IMG/VR virus record: IMGVR_UViG_2869965101_000006
Reading direction: 5' to 3' (one strand)
Origin: a virus
Taxonomy: Duplodnaviria; Heunggongvirae; Uroviricota; Caudoviricetes
DNA: 36,398 bases
Part shown: in pieces, positions 21,101 through 29,604 of the stretch
How positions within the stretch are numbered: position 1 is the stretch's first letter
Layout: each line of letters opens with the position of its first letter
The notes under the pieces: generated by a model
The model's input: the letters and a program-made list of their open reading frames with translations, nothing else
The model's database searches: none
What the model was told of the DNA's origin: nothing
Made by a program: the position numbers and the translations under genes

Positions 21101-21700
21101 GTGCTGATTGGCTATGTAAGGGTATCAACAAATGACCAGAATACAGACCTGCAACGAAACGCTCTTGTTTGTGCAGGATGTGAACAAATATTTGAAGATA
21201 AATTAAGCGGGACAAAGACAGACCGACCGGGATTAAAACGCGCTTTAAAGCGCCTTCAAAAAGGTGACACGCTGGTTGTCTGGAAACTGGATCGCCTCGG
21301 GCGAAGCATGAAACATCTGATTTCTCTCGTCGGGGAACTACGGGAGCGAGGGATTAATTTTCGCAGTCTGACCGACAGCATAGACACATCTTCTCCAATG
21401 GGGCGTTTTTTCTTCCACGTGATGGGTGCCCTGGCTGAAATGGAACGTGAATTAATTGTTGAACGTACACTGGCCGGGCTGGCGGCAGCGCGCGCAAGGG
21501 GGCGCACAGGCGGACGTCGACCGAAGCTGACAAAAGAACAGCATGAGCAAATAGCAAGGCTAATCAAAAACGGGCACGACAGAAAACAACTGGCAATAAT
21601 TTACGGCATTGGCACATCGACGATTTATCGTTATCACCCTGTAGGCGATATACAGACTGAAGAAACAACCGGGCAGACTCAGGAAAATGAAAACCGCTAA
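21101..21700 (+). CDS. Gin/Pin/Cin/Hin-family serine DNA invertase
   Basis: GTG start giving MLIGYVRVSTNDQ… with catalytic-serine motif and C-terminal HTH; near-identical to Mu Gin as recalled. Confidence 0.85.
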   Translation: MLIGYVRVSTNDQNTDLQRNALVCAGCEQIFEDKLSGTKTDRPGLKRALKRLQKGDTLVVWKLDRLGRSMKHLISLVGELRERGINFRSLTDSIDTSSPMGRFFFHVMGALAEMERELIVERTLAGLAAARARGRTGGRRPKLTKEQHEQIARLIKNGHDRKQLAIIYGIGTSTIYRYHPVGDIQTEETTGQTQENENR

Positions 21701-21718
21701 TCTGACCATTAGCGGTTT
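21689..21718. terminator. bidirectional stem-loop terminator between the convergent invertase and U genes
   Basis: AAAACCGCTAAT-ctgacc-ATTAGCGGTTTT with a T-run on the plus strand and an A-run on the other side. Confidence 0.6.
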
Positions 21719-21728
21719 TTGTGTTAAA

Positions 21729-22223
21729 TCAGAACAGCCCTTTAACTGAACTGGCCGCGCTGTTAAGAGATGATGTCACCTTATCTTTGAAGCCGGACAG
21801 CATATCACTGAACGATGAGGATTGCAGGCGCTCCCGCAAATCCTCATCACAGCGTTCAAGAGTCAGTGAAAATTCTATCTTTTTCGCCTTACCGTAGCGA
21901 TCAAACTCGGAGCGGGTCGTATTCGTTTCAGTCAGGACATACATGCCGTAAATCTGCCCGACGCCATCAATCAAAGGCCAGGGTCGTCCTGTATACGCCT
22001 GCGTGGTCAGCAGCGACAGCGACACTTCGCCACCTGTAATTTCAGGATAAAGCACACCAGAAAGAACGATGCGATCATCACCTGCACCGATATACTGCCA
22101 GCTTGCTGAACGGTTAACGCGTTCATTTTTCACATGCCGCCAGCTTTTGTTTTGCTGTAACTGCTGATGCGGCAGCGTGCGCAGCTCAAAAACAAACATG
22201 CCGTAGATCATCATCATGGCCAT
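21729..22223 (-). CDS. tail protein (P2 U-like)
   Basis: 164-aa ORF with recalled similarity to P2 gpU (…GMFVFELRTLPHQ…). Confidence 0.75.
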   Translation of the reverse strand: MAMMMIYGMFVFELRTLPHQQLQQNKSWRHVKNERVNRSASWQYIGAGDDRIVLSGVLYPEITGGEVSLSLLTTQAYTGRPWPLIDGVGQIYGMYVLTETNTTRSEFDRYGKAKKIEFSLTLERCDEDLRERLQSSSFSDMLSGFKDKVTSSLNSAASSVKGLF

Positions 22224-22229
22224 GACTCC

Positions 22230-25046
22230 TCAATCTTTATCGTAAAAACAGCCACGCCCGGCACGGGCGCGCCGTTCCATTTCTGCCCTGACCATTTCAC
22301 CGACCAGTTTCGCCAGTTCGCGGGGATTCTGCGTAACAACGTTATGCAGATGAACATGAATTTCACCACCAAATCCGGAGGCAACAGGCTCCCGGTTACG
22401 GGAAGTTACAGGAACTGATGCCACTGGAGATCGTATAGCCTCCGCCACCGGGCGGGAGCTGGCCGCAACAACAGGGACCAGCGCCGGAGGCAGCGGAGCC
22501 GGAACCACGGGTGTGATATTAATTGCGGGGGCAGGCTTACTGACCTGCGCAATCTTCCGCTCCTGCCACTCCCCACGAACAGCAAGTGCTCGGGGCAGGT
22601 TTTTAAAGACAATATCGCCGGGGCCAATGCGTTTTTTCGTCTCCTCAACCAGCTTACCTGTGTTATCAGCAATTTTGCTGAGTCTGCGCAGCGTACCGGT
22701 ATTGCTGTCTGTGAGCGGTTTATTGTCTTTGGGGTTATCACCTCCGGTGCCATTGCCATTTTCCACAGGCTTCGGCGGATTGATTTTCGCCAGGTCCCCC
22801 TGAAGCAAGGCAACCTTGTCCTGAAGAATGGCCGCACGCTGTGCGTCTTCGATTTTCTTGCGCGCCCTTTCCGCTTCATCCGGAAGCACACCAAGCTTTT
22901 CAAGTATCCACGCCAGCGTATCCAGCAACATTTTTGCAGGTGTCAGAACAAGTTGTAACGCACCGCCAAGAACGTTACCGAATATCTCGCCAGCACTGGT
23001 ACATTTATCCAGAGTTTCCTTGCTGGACTCCATCGGTGACAGCAGCGATTTAAACCAGTTAAACACCTGGCTGATCCCACTCCCGATTGCGTCAAAAACA
23101 GGACCAAACCGTTCAAATGTTTCGCGCAACGGGGTCAGCCTTTCCATAATCCCGCTGAACACCCCGGCAAAAAATGCCCTGATGGGATCCCAGTATTTCC
23201 AGATAAGAACGGCAGCTCCGGCAAGCGCAGCCACGATAAGACCAACCGGACTGAACAACGCCCCGATAGCGCCTCCCAGTAAAGAAACGGAACCCGTCAC
23301 CATTCCCCATAGTGCTGGCAGAACCCTGACAGCATTCATTGATCCGGTCAGGAGGGAAAAACCAAGACGCAGTTTTGCCAGCGGGCCAGCAAGCACACCA
23401 ATAGCCAGCGACAACGAGCCAACCGTTGCAGTCATTGCCAGCAATGCACCGCCTGCAATCAGTAGCTGGCGCGTCAGTGCGGGATGGGCCTGCGCCAGCG
23501 CCGTCACCTTTGATACCACACGCGTGAGCCACTGCGTGACAGAACGCAGCGGACCGTCAATCAGATCTGCAATGCGGATGCGCAACCCTTCCCATGCACT
23601 GCTGAGTGATTTCAGATCGCCGTCAAGGTTGTTGGCCATAACCTTTGCCGTGCGTTCAGCCTCACCGCGCGCGCCTTCAAGTTCTTTTCTCAGTTTGGGT
23701 AAGGAGCCGTCACCTGCCGCATCAACGAGGGCCATAAATGATGTGAAAGCCTCTTCTCCGGCAATGTCCTTAAAGAACGATACCCGGTCAACTTCCCCGT
23801 ATTTGCGGGTAGCTTTATAAAGGTCAGCCAGCACATCCTCCATCGGGCGCATTTTGCCCCCGGCATCCGAGACAGACACGCCAAGCTCTTTCAGCGCCTC
23901 TGCTGCCGCCTTTGGCGGTGATGCCAGACGAGCCAGGCTGGCACGCATTGCCGTACCAGCATCACTCCCCCTGATACCCATATTCGCCAGCACGCCCGCC
24001 ATCGCTGCGGCCTGCTCCAGAGATATTCCCAGCTTACCCGCCACCGGACCTGCATATTTCATGGTTTCACCCAGTGCGCGAAGGTCAGTGTTGGTACGGG
24101 TAAACGCTGCGGTGAGTGTGTCGCCGACCCGGTCCATCTGGTCAGCAGAAAGACCGAACTGCGTCAGAATATTTGAGCCAATATCCGCCGTCTCACCGAG
24201 GTCCATACCGCCAGCCGTTGCCATGCTCAGTACGCCAGGGAGCGCAGCCTGAATGGCCTGTGGTGTAAAGCCAGCCATTGCAAGAAATGCCTGTCCACTG
24301 GCGGCATCGCCTGCGGTGAACTGCGTTTCAGAGCAAAGTTTTAACGCCTGCTCACGCAGCGCCTTAAACTGCGGGCTGTTCTGGTCGATTCGCGTCAGTG
24401 CCTGAACGCGGAACATCTCTTTGCCGAACCCGATCGCAGGCTGCAAAAAACGCCCGGCAGCATAGCCGCCCGCCGCTGCCGCACCAATTGCCAGCGCACC
24501 ACCTGTTTTCAGTTTTCCCGCTGTTTCCTGCGCGCGCGAATACCGCTCACGCGCCCGTGTTACACGCGCAAGCGCCTGCCGTTCGCGTTCAAGCTGGTTG
24601 TTGTACTGTTCGGTGCGTCTGATGGCCTGCTGGATGGTGTTATCGCTGCCTGTCAGGGAAATGCCGTGGCGTTTCAGCTCTCCGCCAAGCTCCCGCATTT
24701 TCTGAATTTCCCGTGTGCGCGATTCATTCAGGCGTTCAAGCCGGGTGCTTAACTGCTGCATCAGCTTTTGTTGTTTTTCGCTGAGCACTGTACCCGTGCG
24801 TTGTAACTGATTAAGGGCGTTAAGCTGGCGTCGTGCTTTCACGATGCCCGCATCCGCTTTACTGACAGCGTCACGGGCGCGCTCAAATGATCGCGCCTGA
24901 CGCTCGAGATTTTTGATCGCCCCCTGCGTTCGCTGGATGGAGTCACCAAACTGCCCCATCAGGCGGCGGGCGTTTTCGGCAGGCCGGGTCAGCCTGTCAA
25001 CGGCGCTGAAAGCGACCCGGATATCAAGAGTCTTCATTGTCTGCAT
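22230..25046 (-). CDS. tail tape measure protein (P2 T-like)
   Basis: About 940 aa, Ala/Gly-rich with coiled-coil and hydrophobic stretches; intact ORF; start approximate. Confidence 0.85.
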   Translation of the reverse strand: MQTMKTLDIRVAFSAVDRLTRPAENARRLMGQFGDSIQRTQGAIKNLERQARSFERARDAVSKADAGIVKARRQLNALNQLQRTGTVLSEKQQKLMQQLSTRLERLNESRTREIQKMRELGGELKRHGISLTGSDNTIQQAIRRTEQYNNQLERERQALARVTRARERYSRAQETAGKLKTGGALAIGAAAAGGYAAGRFLQPAIGFGKEMFRVQALTRIDQNSPQFKALREQALKLCSETQFTAGDAASGQAFLAMAGFTPQAIQAALPGVLSMATAGGMDLGETADIGSNILTQFGLSADQMDRVGDTLTAAFTRTNTDLRALGETMKYAGPVAGKLGISLEQAAAMAGVLANMGIRGSDAGTAMRASLARLASPPKAAAEALKELGVSVSDAGGKMRPMEDVLADLYKATRKYGEVDRVSFFKDIAGEEAFTSFMALVDAAGDGSLPKLRKELEGARGEAERTAKVMANNLDGDLKSLSSAWEGLRIRIADLIDGPLRSVTQWLTRVVSKVTALAQAHPALTRQLLIAGGALLAMTATVGSLSLAIGVLAGPLAKLRLGFSLLTGSMNAVRVLPALWGMVTGSVSLLGGAIGALFSPVGLIVAALAGAAVLIWKYWDPIRAFFAGVFSGIMERLTPLRETFERFGPVFDAIGSGISQVFNWFKSLLSPMESSKETLDKCTSAGEIFGNVLGGALQLVLTPAKMLLDTLAWILEKLGVLPDEAERARKKIEDAQRAAILQDKVALLQGDLAKINPPKPVENGNGTGGDNPKDNKPLTDSNTGTLRRLSKIADNTGKLVEETKKRIGPGDIVFKNLPRALAVRGEWQERKIAQVSKPAPAINITPVVPAPLPPALVPVVAASSRPVAEAIRSPVASVPVTSRNREPVASGFGGEIHVHLHNVVTQNPRELAKLVGEMVRAEMERRARAGRGCFYDKD

Positions 25047-25187
25047 TCCCGCTACGAAGTGCCGCTCGCTCACGCCAGCTAACCACTTCGCAGGGCGTCA
25101 TCATGAAGATTTCGGCGGGCGACCAGTTAAAAATGGCGGCAATATCCGCCACCAGATCTTCGATGTGCTCAAAGCACACCAGGGTGA

Positions 25188-25562
25188 TTACGCTGCCGTC
25201 TCCTGCACGCTCTTCGCGCCAGAGTCTGGCTCGCTCATAAAATTTACAGCCACAGCGCACAACTGAATAAAATCGCGTGACGACATTTTTTTAATCATCA
25301 CTTCATCCAGTCGTGGCGAGGTCACGCGAGGCAACAGCGTGAACATGGTATCCGCTTTCAGATTCAGCACATCAGACAGCGACAGACCACGCAGGGATCC
25401 AGCCTGCTCAATAGCCCCGGTGATCTCCACATACGTGATTTTTTCGCCACCACGCTCAATTGGTCGGGTCAGTTTTACGCCACGTTCGACAGCCATATCC
25501 TCAACTGCCGTCACATTATCCGCCACGGTGTTATTCCGGGTTTCAGTATCGATGTCTTTCAT
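25188..25562 (-). CDS. tail assembly chaperone E, with a -1 frame extension (E') to 25024
   Basis: Overlapping ORFs 25188..25562 and 25024..25260 in 0 and -1 frames directly upstream of T; slippery candidates at 25239..25245 and 25286..25292. Confidence 0.65.
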   Translation of the reverse strand: MKDIDTETRNNTVADNVTAVEDMAVERGVKLTRPIERGGEKITYVEITGAIEQAGSLRGLSLSDVLNLKADTMFTLLPRVTSPRLDEVMIKKMSSRDFIQLCAVAVNFMSEPDSGAKSVQETAA

Positions 25563-25620
25563 CTGTTGTCTCCTTTTCAGTCAGAGGCGACGCACTGCGC
25601 CGCCAGCATATTACTTATCA

Positions 25621-26905
25621 GCCAAGCCCAAGCGCGGAACGGATGCGATCGGGCACAATGTCCTTGCCGTCCTTCGGTGATGCTGCCAACTTACTGATTT
25701 AGTGTATGATGGTGTTTTTGAGGTGCTCCAGTGGCTTCTGTTTCTATCAGCTGTCCCTCCTGTTCAGCTACTGACGGGGTGGTGCGTAACGGCAAAAGCA
25801 CTGCCGGACATCAGCGCTATCTCTGCTCTCACTGCCGTAAAACATGGCAACTGCAGTTCACTTACACCGCTTCTCAACCCGGTACGCACCAGAAAATTAT
25901 TGATATGGCCATGAATGGCGTTGGATGCCGGGCAACTGCACGCATTATGGGCGTTAGCCTCAACACGATTTTACGTCACTTAAAAAACTCAGGCCGCAGT
26001 CGGTAACCTCGCGCATACAGCCGGGCAGTGACGTCATCGTCTGCGCGGAAATGGACGAACAGTGGGGATACGTCGGGGCTAAATCGCGCCAGCGCTGGCT
26101 GTTTTACGCGTATGACAGGCTCCGGAAGACGGTTGTTGCGCACGTATTCGGTGAACGCACTATGGCGACGCTGGGGCGTCTTATGAGCTTGCTGTCACCC
26201 TTTGACGTGGTGATATGGATGACGGATGGCTGGCCACTGTATGAATCCCGCCTGAAGGGAAAGCTGCACGTAATCAGCAAGCGATATACGCAGCGAATTG
26301 AGCGGCATAACCTGAATCTGAGGCAGCACCTGGCACGGCTGGGACGGAAGTCGCTGTCGTTCTCAAAATCGGTGGAGCTGCATGACAAAGTCATCGGGCA
26401 TTATCTGAACATAAAACACTATCAATAAGTTGGAGTCATTACCCCGTCCTTCCGGTAAATGAAGTTCAGCAGGTCAATCTCCCACAACGGGCGATCGTTA
26501 ACACTCAGCTTGTAGTAGGTGTTTTAATGGCGTAAGTGTGTGATGTGGCTTCGCCCTGTTTGGCTTCCCCCATATCAATTTCCGTCACACGTCCGCGCAT
26601 TTCGACTTCATACAGGTCGCTTTCTGCATCGGTGTAGTATTCACCCGCAAAACGCAGCAGCGTGCCGTCAATCGTGCCGCCATACTTAAGGAACAGCTCA
26701 CGAACTGCGCCCCCATGACAAAGCTCGCATCAAGCGCGGAGTCGTCCAGACCGAGATCAATACTTACCGCACCCATCATGCCACCACCCCGGTAGCTGTC
26801 GGTTTTGCGCGTCAGCTTAGGCAGAGTGACGGACGTCACATTACCCACTTCGTTTTCACCATCCACAAACAGCGTAAAAAAGCGAAGATGTTTTGGCACA
26901 GCCAT
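25621..26905 (-). pseudogene. tail tube (P2 FII-like) destroyed by IS1 and frameshifts
   Basis: N-terminus (…SVTLPKLTRK…DLGLDD…) matches FII; homology then changes frame at least twice (around 26500 and 26700) and is split by IS1. Confidence 0.75.
25676..26443 (+). mobile_element. IS1, second copy, 768 bp, with 9-bp target duplication CCGTCCTTC
   Basis: Identical to the copy at 18010..18777, same orientation; duplication at 25667..25675 and 26444..26452. Confidence 0.9.
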
Positions 26906-28089
26906 CAGGCACCTCCCAGCACCGCAAATGCGGGTTCAAAGTATTCATCAGTAAACGTCTGGTAAAGCTCCATGTCTTCCAGTGGCGGAACGGGCGTATA
27001 TTTGTAGCGAATACGCACACGTCCCTGACGTAAATCCGTGGTGCTGTTATCCACCACGTCATACCAGCACTCCGCGCCAATCAGTTTCCCGGCAGTCACC
27101 AGTGAATCCAGTTTTGCCCTGATGGCACTGATAACATCCTTCACATTCGCAGGCGTCAGTGGACTGTCGATGGTTTCAAACTGCGCTTCCGCAATTGAAT
27201 CAGCCAGCACCTGTGCGGTTCGGGTATACACCTCAAAGATGTAGGCGTTCGTTTCCGGTGTGCGGTTACCCCAGAAGCGGACCCCGTTGCGACGAATAAT
27301 GGTCGTGATTTCTTTGTTGTTGAGGCTGTTGGCATCGCTGTCTTCGGCCTGCAACGACCAGAACACATGCCTCGACATCCCCAGCACATTTTTAACCGGA
27401 ACGTTGGACAGCGATTTGTGCCATCCCTGTTCATGGTCAATGTACGCACGAAGGCCGCACGCATAGGCAGGCGCGGGGAACGTTTCGTTTTTGCCATTTT
27501 TCGGGTTGTAGGCGATGAAGTCCGGCCATAAGAGCATCACCTCACGTTCGTTGAATTTCTGGCGGTAGGTAATTGCCTCGGCCATCGTGTTACAGCCATG
27601 ACATGAGGCATACACAAACGCGCGCAGTTTATCTGCAATCACGCACAGGGATTTTGTTACCGCCTCCGTGTCCAGCTCCGGCGCGGCCAGAATACGCGGA
27701 CGGTATCCGATGCTTTCATCCTGCTCTGCAACAAGCAGCGCATACATCCCCGTATAGCTGCCGTCATCCTCAGAACCACCGATAACCAGTTGATCCTGCG
27801 TCTTTCCGTCTTCTTCTTTGTGTTCAGCCACGCGAACGACGATCACCTTTGTGCTCACCTGGTCTGCGATGGCCTTAAGCGCACGATAAAGCGTCCCCGT
27901 TGTCCCGCATTTTCCCAGCACGTCATTGACGCGGGTCAGCAGTGTGGGCTTGTTCAGCGGGAACAGCTTCGCGTCCGCATCATCCGCCGTTGCCACGATA
28001 CCGATAACGCTGGAATCAACATCGTTAATCGCTGTTACCAGGTCGGTATTCTCCGTAACACGGGCACCATGAAAACGAGTTTCACTCAT
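26905..28089 (-). CDS. tail sheath protein (P2 FI-like)
   Basis: 394-aa intact ORF with sheath-like sequence. Confidence 0.85.
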   Translation of the reverse strand: MSETRFHGARVTENTDLVTAINDVDSSVIGIVATADDADAKLFPLNKPTLLTRVNDVLGKCGTTGTLYRALKAIADQVSTKVIVVRVAEHKEEDGKTQDQLVIGGSEDDGSYTGMYALLVAEQDESIGYRPRILAAPELDTEAVTKSLCVIADKLRAFVYASCHGCNTMAEAITYRQKFNEREVMLLWPDFIAYNPKNGKNETFPAPAYACGLRAYIDHEQGWHKSLSNVPVKNVLGMSRHVFWSLQAEDSDANSLNNKEITTIIRRNGVRFWGNRTPETNAYIFEVYTRTAQVLADSIAEAQFETIDSPLTPANVKDVISAIRAKLDSLVTAGKLIGAECWYDVVDNSTTDLRQGRVRIRYKYTPVPPLEDMELYQTFTDEYFEPAFAVLGGA

Positions 28090-28246
28090 AGCTTCAGCCC
28101 CTTGTATCCGTTAAATGATTCAGCAACAATCATCACCCACCACGCGCGTAATCTCACCCCTGCGCCGTTCTCCCGCCACGGCGACAACAAAAAGCAGTAA
28201 CCCCCTCCGCACGCACATGCGACCATGCCGCACAGGGAGGGAGTAG

Positions 28247-29356
28247 ATGACCGACACCACCATGCAATTGCTCAGTCAGGGCACGGCCCCCGTGAAAATG
28301 CCGGATTTTGATATTCTCTCGGAGGGTAAAACGCTGTCAGGCGTGGCGGAGCGCCTGATGAGCCTGTAACTGACCGACAACCGGGGATTTGAGGCGGACC
28401 AGCTCACCATCACGCTGGATGATGCGGATGGTCAGTTGCAGCTACCGCCACGGGGCGCGCGTCTGACGGTTCTCATTGGCTGGAAAGGGGAACCGCTGAC
28501 AGAAAAAGGCACTTACATTGTTGATGAAATCGCTCACGAAGGACCGCCGGACAGGCTGACTGTTTCAGCCAGAAGCGCAGATTTTCGGGATGAATTTAAC
28601 GTTAAACGTGAGGTGTCCTGGCATGATGTGACCGTTGAGCGTGTGGTATCCGCCATCGCTCATCGATACGGTCTGAAACCGCAAATCAGCGAAATGCTGA
28701 TGGATATCGAAATCGACCACGCCGACCAGACCGAAGAAAGCGACATGTCCTTTCTTACGCGCATGGCGGAAATGCTGGGAGCAATCGCCACGGTAAAAAG
28801 CGGCAATCTGTTATTCATCATGCCAGGTGGTGGCGTGAACGCACAGGGGCAGCCGTTGCCCTCGTTCGCCATTACACGCAGCAGCGGCGATCGCCATCAG
28901 TTCCGCATTGCTGACCGCGAGGCGTATACGGGGGTACGCGCCTACTGGCTTGATCTTAATTACGGGAAAAAGAAAAAAGTCAGCGTGAAACGCCGCAAAC
29001 CGCCAAAACCCAAAAAGGAGAAAAGCAGCAGTCGGGAAGGCGACTATATGGAAGGTGCGGAAGGCAACGTGTTTGTGTTACGCAAGACTTATCAGAACGA
29101 GCAGGCAGCAAGACGCGCAGCGGCGGCAAAGTGGCAGCAGCTACAACGCGGAGCCGCATCATTCTCCATCACGCTGGCGCGTGGTCGTGCAGAACTCTAT
29201 CCCGAAATGCATGGCACAGTGACAGGCTTTAAAAGCGAGATTGATTATCAGGACTGGATTATTGCAAAAGCCGAGCACACCATTGATAACAGCGGCTTTA
29301 CCACGCAGCTTGAACTTGAAGCAAAAATCCCGGAATGGATAGCAGAAACAGAATAA
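28247..29356 (+). pseudogene. tail protein D (P2 D-like) with in-frame TAA
   Basis: ATG at 28247 after a GGGAGGGAG RBS; in-frame TAA at 28367..28369 inside the conserved …LTDNRGFEADQL… motif; the rest (28436..29356) is open. Confidence 0.75.
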
Positions 29357-29508
29357 ATCTCTTAAAAATATTATTTTTGAGATGTGCTTCTACACTGACA
29401 GTAAGAACAAAAGATAATGTATCAGCCCACTAGATGTCAGAGGTTGGGGCATCAACCAGATGCTAACAATAATACGGATGTTTTTCCCACATGACAGAGG
29501 AAGTCAAG

Positions 29509-29514
29509 TATAAT
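29509..29514 (+). promoter_or_regulatory. candidate -10 element (TATAAT) for the cargo ORF
   Basis: Perfect TATAAT about 90 nt upstream of the 29605 start in an AT-rich intergenic region; no convincing -35. Confidence 0.3.
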
Positions 29515-29604
29515 CTTCACAGTCCATCCCGTCCAAGGGAATATGACTCAATAGTAAAAGTTCCAGTTTAGTTAGTAGACCCACACTTTATAGAAGAGTA
29601 ATTC

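Noticed and set aside
22828-23820. 330-aa plus-strand ORF, and other long ORFs such as 22406..22903 and 23113..23532
   Set aside because: They lie antisense or out of frame within the tape measure gene; Ser/Ala/Pro/Arg-rich low-complexity translations typical of the wrong strand of a GC-rich gene.
18010-26443. The two IS1 copies as a composite transposon or as the cause of the tail-block inversion
   Set aside because: Each copy has its own different 9-bp target duplication (independent insertions), and the copies are direct repeats, so recombination between them would delete rather than invert.
28090-28246. Ogr-dependent late promoter (TGT-N12-ACA) in the FI/D intergenic region
   Set aside because: Only TGT-N12-AGA-like partial matches on the FI side; not convincing enough to annotate.
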